Source of the DNA: Rhodobiaceae bacterium
GTDB taxonomy: Bacteria; Pseudomonadota; Alphaproteobacteria; RS24
Direction of reading: 5' to 3'
Assembly (NCBI GenBank): GCA_024639515.1
Contig: JAHEIG010000001.1
Span: 19,904 to 83,903, forward strand
Length of the DNA: 64,000 nt
Shown here: positions 16,695 to 26,744 of the stretch, in pieces
How positions within the stretch are numbered: position 1 is the first letter of the stretch
Layout of the letters: each line of letters begins with the position of its first letter
The notes under the pieces: model-generated
The model's database searches: none
The model's input: the letters and a program-made list of their open reading frames with translations, nothing else
What the model was told of the DNA's origin: nothing
Made by a program: the position numbers and the translations under genes

Positions 16695-17867
16695 TTAGCT
16701 CTCGACTTTGAAGGTCAGGCCCGCATTGGCGACCAAACGCTCAATCAGCTTGTGACCCATGGATGGCGCGGTTGTCAGCACACCGCCGGCAGCCCCTTCC
16801 GAGTCTTTCAGCAAGCACATGGCACTTTCGGCAATCATTTTCGAGGTCGAGCCATAGCCCGGGTCGAGATCGCCGCTGACGCTAGCTGTCAGTGTTTCAC
16901 CGGCAGCTGTCGTGCCGTGGAACAAAATGTCGTAATTGCCGGCTTCGCGCGACTCTTTCGTCGGGCCTTCGCCCGGTTGTGGCACATCATCGCCTTCCAG
17001 CGGATTGGTCGCCGCAACGAATTCAGCAACCGCTTTGCCTTCATCACCAGCGCCAGTCATCATCATTTCGTCATAGACGAAATCTTCGCCATAGGCGTGG
17101 CCGAGCAAAGCATTCGAGCGGTGAACGTTTTTGGTGTTAATCGGCGCCATAATAAACGGTGCCAACCATTGCCCCATAACCTCGTCTTCCACCGGCTTGC
17201 TATCATCCGGCTGGGCTGGGCCTTGAAAGCCATTGGCCAGCGAGAACGGATTGGCCAGCACATTAATCAGCTCTGGGTTTTTCGCAATGGCTGCCATGGT
17301 GGCACCCAAAGAGGCTGCCGTGCCGCCTGAAAACTCGCCATTCATGGCGCGCACACGGCCTCGCACGCGCGGGCACGGAGCGCCGAATTTGTCTTGCGAC
17401 GCTTGCTGCAAAAAGTAAACGCCGAGATCAAACGGGATCGAGTCAAAGCCGCAAGAATGGACAATCCGCGCGCCAGAGGCTTTGGCGGCGGCGTCATGGG
17501 CGTTAATCGTCTCATGCATCCAGCCCGGCTCGCCCGACAGGTCAACATAATCCGTGCCCAGTTCAGCACAGGCCGCGACAATATCTGAGCCATAAAGCTG
17601 GTATGGGCCAACGGTTGTGCACAAGACGCTGGTGCGCCCGACCATGTCGCGCACTAAGGCCGGGTCACTGGCATCGGCGACAACCAGCGGGGTGTCCGGA
17701 TTGGCACCAATGAGGTCTCTGACTTCGGCCAGTTTATCGGCGCTGCGGCCAGCCATCGCCCAGTTAACGTCGCGGCCATATTGACCTTCCATATATTCGG
17801 CGACGAGACGTCCGGTAAAGCCAGTGGCGCCATAGACGATTATATCAAATTCTCTGTTCTTACTCAT
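16695..17867 (-). CDS. Saccharopine dehydrogenase family / trans-acting enoyl reductase-like protein
   Basis: FDIIVYGATGFTGRLVAEY Rossmann N-terminus, 390 aa. AAGGAG RBS. Confidence 0.8.
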   Translation of the reverse strand: MSKNREFDIIVYGATGFTGRLVAEYMEGQYGRDVNWAMAGRSADKLAEVRDLIGANPDTPLVVADASDPALVRDMVGRTSVLCTTVGPYQLYGSDIVAACAELGTDYVDLSGEPGWMHETINAHDAAAKASGARIVHSCGFDSIPFDLGVYFLQQASQDKFGAPCPRVRGRVRAMNGEFSGGTAASLGATMAAIAKNPELINVLANPFSLANGFQGPAQPDDSKPVEDEVMGQWLAPFIMAPINTKNVHRSNALLGHAYGEDFVYDEMMMTGAGDEGKAVAEFVAATNPLEGDDVPQPGEGPTKESREAGNYDILFHGTTAAGETLTASVSGDLDPGYGSTSKMIAESAMCLLKDSEGAAGGVLTTAPSMGHKLIERLVANAGLTFKVES

Positions 17868-17924
17868 TGGTAACTCCTTAATTTTTGAAAAGTCAGTTTA
17901 CTCGCACGGCCTCCAGACGCAAGC

Positions 17925-19082
17925 CTAGCGTGTGCGGTCGCGCCATAAATATGGCCAGAAAAATGCAAAGCCGGTGACAATCAGTCCGATGTAAAGATAG
18001 CTCAGACGATGGAACGCCCCGCCCTCGACAAGCATACCGGCGAGAAACGGCCCCAAAGCCGCGCCGAGCAAACCGACGCCGGCATTGACCCCCATCAGGC
18101 GGCCTTGTGTATCGAGACGCGCCACAACCGCCACCAAAAACGGGTCGGTGAAATTTTGCGCAAAGCGCGACACGCCGAACAAAATGATAAAGCTCAGCGG
18201 CACGCTGGCTTGCGGCACCAAGGCCGAGCACAGCCACAAGCTGGCACCGCCAATCAGCACCGGCCAGAAACTGCCCCACTTCTGCCCGACCGCCGCCGCT
18301 AGACCAGCCCCTGCCAGCCCGACAAAAATACTGGCGGCAAAAATCGTCCCGATGGTCGCCAAATCCAGCCCGATCGCCACCCCCATGCGTTCGGTGAACG
18401 ACCACAGCGCCATGCCCGCCGTGGCAACCAAAACTGCATAACAGGCAAGGCGTATGGCGTCACCGCGCATCGCCGGTGACAGGGGCGTTGGTGGCGGGCC
18501 GTTGGCCGGAAGCAAGAGAAACACAGGCGCGGCAATCAACGTCATCACCGCCAGAAAGCCATAGGCGCCAGCCAAGGCGTAAAACTCAATCAGATAGGGC
18601 AGCACGAGATATAAAAGCACGGCCACCGCCGAGTCGAATAGGATAATCAACGCCGTCAGACGCTCGGGATTATGCGATAATGGAATGGTGGCGGCCAAAA
18701 TAGCCACCAAAATACCGGCCGACGCGCCAGCCAGCATGCGCTCAAGATAAAACAGCCCTGGCATCCAGTTCCACGCCGAGGAGAATTGCATCAGCGCCAA
18801 CACCAAGGCGGCGCCAAAGGCCCAACGCTGGCGATGCAGGCGATTAATATTTGGGGCCAGCAAAATCGCTACCGCCGCCATGGAGAGCAGCTCAAGACTG
18901 CTGAAAATACCCGCCTGCGAGGTCGAAAACCCGCGATGGTCAATCAGCGCGCCAACCACCAAAGGGGCCACAGTGAGGCTTTGATAGGCAATCAGGCCAG
19001 CCAGCGCGGCCGGTATTAACAAAGCCCGCACGCCGAGCATTGTGTAATCTGTCTCGCTCATATCAGGCGCCGATTGTGTCAT
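17925..19082 (-). CDS. MFS transporter
   Basis: 385 aa, about 12 TM. AAGGAA before the ATG. The antisense ORFs in the track are rejected. Confidence 0.7.
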   Translation of the reverse strand: MTQSAPDMSETDYTMLGVRALLIPAALAGLIAYQSLTVAPLVVGALIDHRGFSTSQAGIFSSLELLSMAAVAILLAPNINRLHRQRWAFGAALVLALMQFSSAWNWMPGLFYLERMLAGASAGILVAILAATIPLSHNPERLTALIILFDSAVAVLLYLVLPYLIEFYALAGAYGFLAVMTLIAAPVFLLLPANGPPPTPLSPAMRGDAIRLACYAVLVATAGMALWSFTERMGVAIGLDLATIGTIFAASIFVGLAGAGLAAAVGQKWGSFWPVLIGGASLWLCSALVPQASVPLSFIILFGVSRFAQNFTDPFLVAVVARLDTQGRLMGVNAGVGLLGAALGPFLAGMLVEGGAFHRLSYLYIGLIVTGFAFFWPYLWRDRTR

Positions 19083-19183
19083 TTTTATTCCTTATGGAGC
19101 GCCGCTTCAGGCGAGATGTGTAACGCTTAGGAGGTAAGCTTTTCGTCAGCCATGTCAATGAGGCTGGTGTGTTTTAGCTGATT

Positions 19184-19711
19184 TCAAGACCGCGAGACCT
19201 GCTGATAAATCACCAATACGAGACGCAGCGACAACTGAAAAGCCAGCGCCAAAAGCGCCGCCAGCACGGCGAGGCTTTTCATTTGCGTGGTCTCACTGGC
19301 GGCCGACACTGCCGCCTCGGTGATCTCTGGGAAGCCACTGAGTAGGAAATATAATTGCACATTCTCGGCCAAATCGAAGGCCATCACGAAAACCGGCAAA
19401 ATCGCCAGCAAGCGCAATATCGGAAACGCCGCCAAACGCAGCAATAAGCCGATGGCCAGCGTGCCATAAACAAACGGGAAAATCGCATCCAGCGTGATAC
19501 TGGCCAGCGCGTAGCTGGCCCGCCCGTCAGCCCCATAGACCAGCATCAACTCGCGCAAAGTCATGAGGTCATAGCCGCCCTGCAAAGTATCGAACATCGG
19601 CCCGCCAAGGCGTTGGGTCAATTCCTGAAACGCCATAATCAGCACCACCGACAAAATCGTGCAGGCCATCAGCACTCTGCGGTCTTCAATAAATTTAATT
19701 ATGCCGCCCAT
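19184..19711 (-). CDS. Hypothetical integral membrane protein
   Basis: 175 aa with several hydrophobic helices. AGGGGA RBS. No family recognised. Confidence 0.45.
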   Translation of the reverse strand: MGGIIKFIEDRRVLMACTILSVVLIMAFQELTQRLGGPMFDTLQGGYDLMTLRELMLVYGADGRASYALASITLDAIFPFVYGTLAIGLLLRLAAFPILRLLAILPVFVMAFDLAENVQLYFLLSGFPEITEAAVSAASETTQMKSLAVLAALLALAFQLSLRLVLVIYQQVSRS

Positions 19712-19743
19712 TTATGTCCCCTAATTCATAGAATTCGATTATT

Positions 19744-20490
19744 GTGGTAAAAATTTATTCACACAAGCGAATACCGCTTGCCCCATGCGCCGCCTTGGCG
19801 CCGCCGACACAACATAGGGAGCCCGCCATCAGCGACACACAAAACACCTTTCAAGCCGTTATATGGGATTTTGGCGGAGTCATTACCTCCAGCCCATTTG
19901 AAGCCTTCAAACGCTATGAGGCTGAGCACAATCTGCCAGAAAACTTCATTCGCGGGATTAATGCGACCGACCCGGACACCAATGCATGGGCGTTGTTCGA
20001 GCGCAGTGAAATTGACGCCGCTAGATTCGACACGCAGTTTCTGGCCGAAGCCGAAGCGCAAGGCCATAGCGTGCGTGGTGCCGATGTGCTGGCTTTGCTG
20101 GCCGGCAGCGTGCGCCCCGAAATGGTCGACGTGCTTGACCGCCTGAAGCAAGATGGCTACCGCATCGCCTGTATCACCAATAATGTGAAGACCGGCAGCG
20201 GCGCCGGCATGGCGCGGACAGATGAAAAAGCTGCGCAAGTGGCCGAGGTGCTGGCCCGCTTTGAGCATGTCATTGAAAGCTCAGAAGTCGGCATCCGCAA
20301 GCCTGACCCGGCGATTTACCTAATGGCCTGCGACAAGCTCGGTGTGGCACCAGAGAACTGCATCTTCCTAGATGATTTGGGCATCAACCTAAAACCGGCC
20401 CGAGCGCTGGGCATGGCGACGATTAAAGTCGGTGCCGCCGCGCCCGCGATTGAGGAATTATCCAAATTGCTCGGCCATTCTCTGGCCTAA
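19744..20490 (+). CDS. HAD-IA family hydrolase (epoxide-hydrolase N-terminal phosphatase-like)
   Basis: AVIWDFGGVITSSP (DxG motif I), ITNN (motif II), K...DD (motifs III/IV). Start is unresolved: GTG 19744, TTG 19795, or an ATC at 19828 that follows GGGAG. Confidence 0.8.
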   Translation: MVKIYSHKRIPLAPCAALAPPTQHREPAISDTQNTFQAVIWDFGGVITSSPFEAFKRYEAEHNLPENFIRGINATDPDTNAWALFERSEIDAARFDTQFLAEAEAQGHSVRGADVLALLAGSVRPEMVDVLDRLKQDGYRIACITNNVKTGSGAGMARTDEKAAQVAEVLARFEHVIESSEVGIRKPDPAIYLMACDKLGVAPENCIFLDDLGINLKPARALGMATIKVGAAAPAIEELSKLLGHSLA

Positions 20491-20513
20491 AATCGCCGCC
20501 CACGGGCAGCCAT

Positions 20514-20559
20514 AAAAAAAACCCCGACATGTCGCCATGCCGGGGTTTTCTTTTGTTTG
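20514..20559. terminator. Bidirectional intrinsic terminator between the convergent HAD and RND genes
   Basis: AAAAAAA-CCCCG(A)CATG-TCGC-CATG(C)CGGGG-TTTTCTTTTGTTTG. A GC-rich stem flanked by an A-run and a T-run. Confidence 0.7.
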
Positions 20560-20568
20560 TCTATCGCC

Positions 20569-23172
20569 TTAGTGCGACAGCGCTCCTGATGGCGCGCGTG
20601 GAGGTGCTTTACGTGGGAACAGCATCTCCAGAACCACCGCCAGAGCTGGCAGAGCGGTTACCGCCATAATCATGTTCACCAAGAACATGAAGGTCAGCAG
20701 CAGACCCATATCTGCCTGGAATTTCAGTGCTGAGAAGGCCCATGTTGACACACCAACGGCCAGCGTCAGCGCGGTAAACACCACAGCCATACCGGTTTCT
20801 GTCAGCGTCAGCTTAAAGCTCGCAGTCACATCAAGACTTTCCGACAAGTGGAACTGAATGCGGTTATAGATGTAGAACGCATAGTCCACCCCCAGACCGA
20901 CAGCCAGCACCATCACCGGCAAGGTGGCAACCGTCAGACCGATTTCCAGCACTTCCATGAACCAGTAGCCCATAAAGGTCGCCAGTGTCAGCGGCACACA
21001 GCACGCAACCGTGGCGCGCCAGTCACGATAGGTCAGAATAACAAGCGCGATAATCGTCAGATACACATAGATCATCATCGGCAATTCGGACTCTTCGATT
21101 TCCTCATTCACCGCCGCTTGCACACCCATATTACCGGACGCCAGACGTATCGACACAGGCACCAATTCGTGGCTGGTCACTTTCACGCCTTTGGCGCGAA
21201 CCGCAGCAAGCAGGTCATCTGGGTTGTCAGAAGCGACATCATAAGTAATCGACAGCGACGTGTTACGGCCATCGTCCAAGACGTCGGCACGGATACCCAT
21301 GTCATAGTCATAGGCGTCGCGCAGTGGCGGGTCAGTGATGATGTTCAGGCTGGCGATTGGCGCAGGGTTTTCAGCGCGGAATTGTTTCACCGCGGCGGTC
21401 ACGCCCTTAATGGTTGTTGCTTTCGCATCATCAAGGAAGATCAACTGCGTCATCAATGTGCATTCTTCATTCAGAAGGCCAGTTGATGTGCCAATCGGAG
21501 ACTGTGACTGCACCAGCGCATATTTGTTACGCGGTAGTGCTTGCCATTTCAAGTTACCCTCATTGAAGCCGGAGTTCGACTGACGTGTCAGATAAGGCAA
21601 TGACAAGACCAGCGATACACCGTCAACGTTACGCAGATACCAGGTAAACTCATTCAGGTATTTCATGTATGAGTAATTGATACATGACTCACGCGGGGTC
21701 TCCACAATCACCGTCAGCAAATTCAGACCGAGAGAGAACTTCTCTGCAATCGAGCGGCTGTCTTGGTTGTAGCGGGCGTCAACGCGCAGCTCAGGTGAAC
21801 CAGCGTGCAACGCTCCAACGTGGCGGTCTTGGCTTTGGATAAAGGCTGTCACGAACAAGACGGCTGATACAATCAGAACCACAATCGCTGGTTTTGGATT
21901 GGCGATGTTGCCCAATTTCTCCATCAGACGCACACGGGTTGCCCGCGCCTTCCCCGCACGAGCGACAAAGCCGTCATCAATCCGGAAGTAGCTTGCCAGA
22001 ATTGGCAGCATAACCAGATTGGTCAGGATTTTCAGTGCCACACCGATAGACGCGGTAATCGCCAGTTCTTTAATCATCACAATCGGGATCAAGATCAGCG
22101 TACCGAAACCAACAAGGTCAGTGACCAGCGCCATTGAACCCGGGATCAACAGACCACGGAACGAGGCGCGCGCCGCTTCTTCGCTTGATTTACCCGATGA
22201 GATTTCAGCGGTGATCAAGTTAATCTGCTGCACACCGTGGCTCACACCAATGGCGAACACAAGGAACGGCACCAGAATAGCCAGCGGGTCAAGGCCGAAG
22301 CCGAGAATGTTCAAAATACCGAACTGCCAGACCAGTGAGGTCAGCGAGCAGAAAATCGGCAAGAAGGTCAAAATGGCGGAGCGGGCGTAGATGTACACTG
22401 ACAAAATCGTCAGCAACAGCGCCACAGCAAAGAACTGCACCACCGTGCCAGCACCGTCGGCAATGTCACCAATCAGCTTAGCAAAGCCAATAATTTGAAC
22501 CTGATATTTATCATTTTCGAATTTGTCGCGAATTTCGGATTCCAGTTTAGAGGCCAGATCGAAGTAATCGAGGCGCTCACCGGTTTTCACGTCAATGTCG
22601 AGCAATTCAGCCCGCACCATGGCGGCTGAGAAGTCATTGGCCACCAAACGGCCTACGAAGCCGCCGCGCACCACATTATTCTCAATAATATCAAGAGCTG
22701 GTTCGCAGGTTGTCGCCAAGCTGGCTGTTTTCAAGCGGGAGATACAGTCGCTGTCGAGGTTATCTACGGTAATGGTGCCCGGGATAACATCATCGGCGAC
22801 AAAGCCATCTTCTGTAATTTCAAAATAACGGGAGTTTGGCGTCCAAAGAGACGTCAGTGTGTGGCGTGCGACACCAGGCATATAGAACAAAGCGTCTGTC
22901 AGGTCTTTATAAGTCCCGAAAAAATCTTTGTTCCAGATTTTACCTTCGCGCTCTTTCAGAACAACAATAATCCGGTTCGACCCAAAAAGGCGATCGCGAT
23001 ATTCTTGGAATGTCTGAATATATTCATGGCCCGTAGGTAGCTGCTTTTCAAAACCAGCATCCATGGTCAATTGGGTAGCAAAGTAACCACCGTAAATTGT
23101 GAAGGCCGCAAACGCTGTCAGAATTAAGACGCGAAAGCGGAAAACGAGATTTTCTAAAAAAGGAACCATCAA
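20569..23172 (-). CDS. RND superfamily (MMPL/HpnN-like) transporter
   Basis: 867 aa with two 6-TM bundles separated by large periplasmic loops. Typical RND/MMPL architecture. Confidence 0.8.
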   Translation of the reverse strand: MMVPFLENLVFRFRVLILTAFAAFTIYGGYFATQLTMDAGFEKQLPTGHEYIQTFQEYRDRLFGSNRIIVVLKEREGKIWNKDFFGTYKDLTDALFYMPGVARHTLTSLWTPNSRYFEITEDGFVADDVIPGTITVDNLDSDCISRLKTASLATTCEPALDIIENNVVRGGFVGRLVANDFSAAMVRAELLDIDVKTGERLDYFDLASKLESEIRDKFENDKYQVQIIGFAKLIGDIADGAGTVVQFFAVALLLTILSVYIYARSAILTFLPIFCSLTSLVWQFGILNILGFGLDPLAILVPFLVFAIGVSHGVQQINLITAEISSGKSSEEAARASFRGLLIPGSMALVTDLVGFGTLILIPIVMIKELAITASIGVALKILTNLVMLPILASYFRIDDGFVARAGKARATRVRLMEKLGNIANPKPAIVVLIVSAVLFVTAFIQSQDRHVGALHAGSPELRVDARYNQDSRSIAEKFSLGLNLLTVIVETPRESCINYSYMKYLNEFTWYLRNVDGVSLVLSLPYLTRQSNSGFNEGNLKWQALPRNKYALVQSQSPIGTSTGLLNEECTLMTQLIFLDDAKATTIKGVTAAVKQFRAENPAPIASLNIITDPPLRDAYDYDMGIRADVLDDGRNTSLSITYDVASDNPDDLLAAVRAKGVKVTSHELVPVSIRLASGNMGVQAAVNEEIEESELPMMIYVYLTIIALVILTYRDWRATVACCVPLTLATFMGYWFMEVLEIGLTVATLPVMVLAVGLGVDYAFYIYNRIQFHLSESLDVTASFKLTLTETGMAVVFTALTLAVGVSTWAFSALKFQADMGLLLTFMFLVNMIMAVTALPALAVVLEMLFPRKAPPRAPSGALSH

Positions 23173-23392
23173 GCCCTCCCAAGCTTAAAAAGGCCCAAAA
23201 TGGGCTCTAAACGCGTTTGCAGTCTCGACAATAAATGGTCGCTTTTCAAGCAAAATATCGCTTTAGGGGCCGATTAATTGGCCGGAAAACGGCGATATGC
23301 GTGCATCTGTGAAAATGTGACGCAGGTGAGACATTCAGCTTTACTTCGCAGACGGCTAAAATTATGTATTGTTCACAATTTAGTAGCGTTTT

Positions 23393-23430
23393 CGGCCGAT
23401 GGCCTCCTCACTGTCGGCCGTTTTTCTTTT
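23393..23430 (+). terminator. Intrinsic terminator with no upstream + strand gene (orphan)
   Basis: CGGCCGA (23393-23399), 14-nt loop TGGCCTCCTCACTG, TCGGCCG (23414-23420), then TTTTTCTTTT. Confidence 0.55.
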
Positions 23431-23517
23431 CTGCCAAATGTGCCCGCCCAAATTCACACATTGAGAGAATTGAGACGGCCCGCTTAACTTTGCCGTAAAA
23501 AGCGCTAAGTTAGCCCC

Positions 23518-24039
23518 ATGCCTGAAGCCGACGATAGCCAAGCATCTTTAGACCTGCCCACGGCGGACCTGCAAGATGGCCGCCAATCGCCGGCGGCGCT
23601 TGCCTTACAACGCGGCGTCACCCGTATGCTGGCGCAACACGGCGTTGCCTGCCTGCCGGAAGTCAGCCTGCCGAATTACCGCCGCGCCGACTTGCTGGCT
23701 CTGAGCAAAAAGGGCGAAATCTGGATTATTGAGCTGAAAAGCAGTTTGGCCGATTACCAAGCCGACAAAAAATGGCCTGATTATCTCGACTATTGCGACC
23801 GCTTTTACTTTGCCGTGGCGCCCGATTTTCCAGTTGAGGTGCTGCCGTCCGATGCCGGCTATATGCTTGCCGATAAATATGGCGCCGAGATTATCCGCGA
23901 GGGCCAAGGCGATTGTCAGGGGCGCAAATTACCAGCCGCGCGACGCAGCCTTATCACCCGCTTAATGGCGCGGGTTGGGGCGTTTCGCTGGTCACGCCAA
24001 CTCAACCCGTCGCGGCGCAACACGCCACCGCGCGATTAA
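23518..24039 (+). CDS. mmcB: MmcB family DNA repair protein (PD-(D/E)xK nuclease-like)
   Basis: RRADLLALSKKGEIWIIELKSSLADYQADKKWPDYLDYCDRFYFAV matches the recalled MmcB family core (D...ELK nuclease motif). Confidence 0.6.
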   Translation: MPEADDSQASLDLPTADLQDGRQSPAALALQRGVTRMLAQHGVACLPEVSLPNYRRADLLALSKKGEIWIIELKSSLADYQADKKWPDYLDYCDRFYFAVAPDFPVEVLPSDAGYMLADKYGAEIIREGQGDCQGRKLPAARRSLITRLMARVGAFRWSRQLNPSRRNTPPRD

Positions 24040-24059
24040 CACTGAGAAATAAGGTAGAT

Positions 24060-24614
24060 TTAGCGCGGCGCGCGTTTGGCCAGAATCCGCTGCAAGGTGC
24101 GCCGGTGCATGTTCAAGCGGCGCGCCGTTTCAGACACATTACGGTCGCATAATTCAAACACACGCTGGATATGTTCCCAACGCACGCGGTCTGCCGACAT
24201 TGGGTTTTCCGGTGGTGGCGCTTTGCCCGCTGGGTCGGCCATCAGTGCCGCGTGAATTTCATCGGCATCTGCCGGTTTGGCGAGATAATCTACGGCGCCG
24301 CGTTTCACCGCTTCCACCGCCGTGGCGATATTGCCATAGCCGGTTAGCATAATAATGCGGGCGTCAGGGTTTTCGCTCTGTAGACTGCGCACCACATCTA
24401 AGCCATTGCCATCTTCGAGCCGCATATCAACCACCGCAAAGGCTGGTTTGACCTGCTTGCCGAGTTGGATGCCCTCGCTGACCGAGCCAGCGCTATGCAC
24501 TTCATAGCCGCGACTGTCCATGGCCCGCGCCAGGCGTTCCAGCCATGTGCGGTCATCATCGACAATCAATAATGTCGGCTTTTGCTCATCTGTATCGTTT
24601 TGCATCGTTGCCAT
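24060..24614 (-). CDS. regA: Redox response regulator RegA/PrrA/ActR
   Basis: Receiver domain (LLIVDDD ... D ... K) plus the near-invariant C-terminal HTH NVSETARRLNMHRRTLQRILAKRAPR. Confidence 0.9.
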   Translation of the reverse strand: MATMQNDTDEQKPTLLIVDDDRTWLERLARAMDSRGYEVHSAGSVSEGIQLGKQVKPAFAVVDMRLEDGNGLDVVRSLQSENPDARIIMLTGYGNIATAVEAVKRGAVDYLAKPADADEIHAALMADPAGKAPPPENPMSADRVRWEHIQRVFELCDRNVSETARRLNMHRRTLQRILAKRAPR

Positions 24615-24665
24615 TCCGCAAATCCCTGTGTCGTTGTAGAGGATATAGGTGAAAGACCCGTTATT

Positions 24666-26051
24666 TCAATAACCTTGTTCGATTGCCGAGCGCGGCCAGA
24701 TGATTTTCACACATGCTCCGGTGCGGCTGGCCGTCGGCTCCTGGCCGTCCTGTTGCATTTTCTCAATCCGTCGATCGATTTCCGACGGGCGCAAATTATA
24801 AGCGTTAATTTGCCCGCCAAAGCGTTGCAGCAGCGTGCGCGCGATAAAAAAGCCGAGACCTAAACCAAATTCATCATTTTCATCGCGTTGCGTCGAATCC
24901 GAGCGCCTCGAACTGGTATACGGCTCGCCCAAATGGGTCAAAATATCGGCGGCAAAGCCCGGCCCGTCGTCAGATACCTCAACTGCGATGACATCGGCTG
25001 AATAAGACGCCTTCAGCCAGACATGCTGATCGGCAAACTCAGTGGCGTTTTCGATGATATTGCCGAGCCCATAAATCAGCTCGGGTTGGCGCAGCAAGCG
25101 CGGCTCGGGGCCAGCATCATCTGTTTGTGGGACGCAGCTAATGTGGATTTGTTTCTCAAGCAGCCCGACTTCCAGCACCGCCTCATCAAGGAAGCCGCGG
25201 AAAGATAGACCTGAAAGTACCGGATCTTTTTCTTCTTCGCTGGTCAGCGAAGTCAAAATATCGCGCGAGCGCAAAGCCTGTTCGCGGATCAGGCTGACAT
25301 CCTCTTTCACCGCATCGGGCACTGCCGGGTTATTCTGCAATTCGCCGCTGACCAAAACAATCGTGCCCAGCGGGGTGCCGAGTTGATGGGCGGCGGCGGC
25401 GGCCAGCCCGTCCAATGCCGATAAACGTTGCTCGCGGGCCAACACACTGCGCGTCGCCGTCAGGGCCATCGACATGCGCCGCCCCTCGCGGCTCACCCGC
25501 CAAACATATGTCGGAATAAACACCAGCCCCAAAAGCAAAGCGCTCCAAAGGCCGATGCGGTACAGCTCAGGGATTTGCGGCGCCTCACCCTGCCACGGCA
25601 AAGGCTGAGAAAACCACAGCAGGCCAGTCACCAAAATACTGGCCAGCGCCACCAAAGCCACCGTGGTGCGGGCGTTGAGCAGCGAGGCCGATACCGTCAC
25701 CGGCGCCAGAAACAGCAGTGCAAAAGGGTTCACAATCCCCCCCGTCAGATACAGAAGCGCGCTTAATTGCAGCAAGTCATAGGCCAAATAGACCGAGGTC
25801 TGGCGCCGCGATAATAGGGTCGAGAATGAATACCGCAAACCAAGCCAGATATTAAGCGCCACCGACATGGAGATAATCAGCAATAGCTCAATCAGCGGCA
25901 GCGGAAAGCCAAAACCAAAATACACCGCCAGAACCGCCGCCAATTGTCCGGCCACCGCCATCCAACGCAAAGCGATTTGACCACGCAGACGCACCGCCAG
26001 CGGCGTCGGCGGCAGCCCCATATCAATCGAGTTGGTCTGGTTTTCGGACAT
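24666..26051 (-). CDS. regB: Redox-sensing histidine kinase RegB/PrrB/ActS
   Basis: Six N-terminal TM helices, H-box AAAAHQLGTPLGTI, a Cys in ISCVPQ upstream of GPEP...GLGNIIENATEFA, and an ATPase domain. Confidence 0.85.
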   Translation of the reverse strand: MSENQTNSIDMGLPPTPLAVRLRGQIALRWMAVAGQLAAVLAVYFGFGFPLPLIELLLIISMSVALNIWLGLRYSFSTLLSRRQTSVYLAYDLLQLSALLYLTGGIVNPFALLFLAPVTVSASLLNARTTVALVALASILVTGLLWFSQPLPWQGEAPQIPELYRIGLWSALLLGLVFIPTYVWRVSREGRRMSMALTATRSVLAREQRLSALDGLAAAAAHQLGTPLGTIVLVSGELQNNPAVPDAVKEDVSLIREQALRSRDILTSLTSEEEKDPVLSGLSFRGFLDEAVLEVGLLEKQIHISCVPQTDDAGPEPRLLRQPELIYGLGNIIENATEFADQHVWLKASYSADVIAVEVSDDGPGFAADILTHLGEPYTSSRRSDSTQRDENDEFGLGLGFFIARTLLQRFGGQINAYNLRPSEIDRRIEKMQQDGQEPTASRTGACVKIIWPRSAIEQGY

Positions 26052-26686
26052 TAGTCGCGCTCAGCGGCTTCCAGCAGAGCAGCGATGTCGCGATGGCGCA
26101 TCTCGCGGGCCCAATCCAGGGCCACCCGCCCTGTGCTGTCGCTTTCATCAATGTCGGCACCGGCCGCCAGCAGCATTTTAGTAATGTCATAGGCGCCGAG
26201 ACGCGAGGCCATCAGCAACGGCGCTTCATAATTATAACCGGAGCGGTTTGGGTTGGCGCCGGCTTCGAGCAAATAGCTAACAATGCTCTCGCGCTCGCGC
26301 AGCACCGCATAGGTTAGCGCGGTGTGGCGGTCGCCGGCGCGCTTTTCAAGGTCGGCGCCATTTTCCACCAAAACCACTACCGCCGCCAATTGGTTCCATT
26401 CGCTGGCGATATGCAGGGCCGTGCGCTTTTCGCGGCCCAGCTGATCAATCTTGTCGCCATCTTGCAGCCGCTCGATGATGGCATCCAAGTCGCTTGTCCG
26501 CGCTGCTTCAATTAAGGCGGTATCGGGTATGACCGGCAGGTTCTGCGCTTGCGCCGAGGTCAGCCCGATGGCGACACAATTCAGCAAACAGCACCAAACC
26601 GCGACCATGCGCCCCGCTTGGCGTTTTGAAGGTTTTTGACCATAATACATCAGCAAGGTATAACCGCCTTCAGCGGTTTTCTGCAA
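26051..26686 (-). CDS. Secreted ankyrin-repeat protein
   Basis: Signal-peptide-like KRQAGRMVAVWCCLLNCVAIGLTSAQA followed by 4-5 ANK repeats (TALHIA...GADL, TALTYA...GANPN, LLMASR...GADID). Its stop overlaps the regB ATG (TAATG). The start could be 26686, 26650 or 26608. Confidence 0.8.
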   Translation of the reverse strand: MQKTAEGGYTLLMYYGQKPSKRQAGRMVAVWCCLLNCVAIGLTSAQAQNLPVIPDTALIEAARTSDLDAIIERLQDGDKIDQLGREKRTALHIASEWNQLAAVVVLVENGADLEKRAGDRHTALTYAVLRERESIVSYLLEAGANPNRSGYNYEAPLLMASRLGAYDITKMLLAAGADIDESDSTGRVALDWAREMRHRDIAALLEAAERD

Positions 26687-26744
26687 GAGCCGAAACGTTT
26701 AATCACAACCCGCCCGCCCGGCGGCGCGTAAAAGAGAAAACATC

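Noticed and set aside
23185-23215. Short hairpin plus T-run (GCCCA-TTT-TGGGC-CTTTTT on the minus strand) about 25 nt upstream of the RND start codon
   Set aside because: The stem is 5 bp with a 3-nt loop, too weak to call an attenuator without conservation or transcript data.
23278-23487. 69-aa ORF in the RND-mmcB spacer
   Set aside because: It has no RBS and runs through a strong intrinsic terminator hairpin. The region is better explained as non-coding (see the sRNA candidate).
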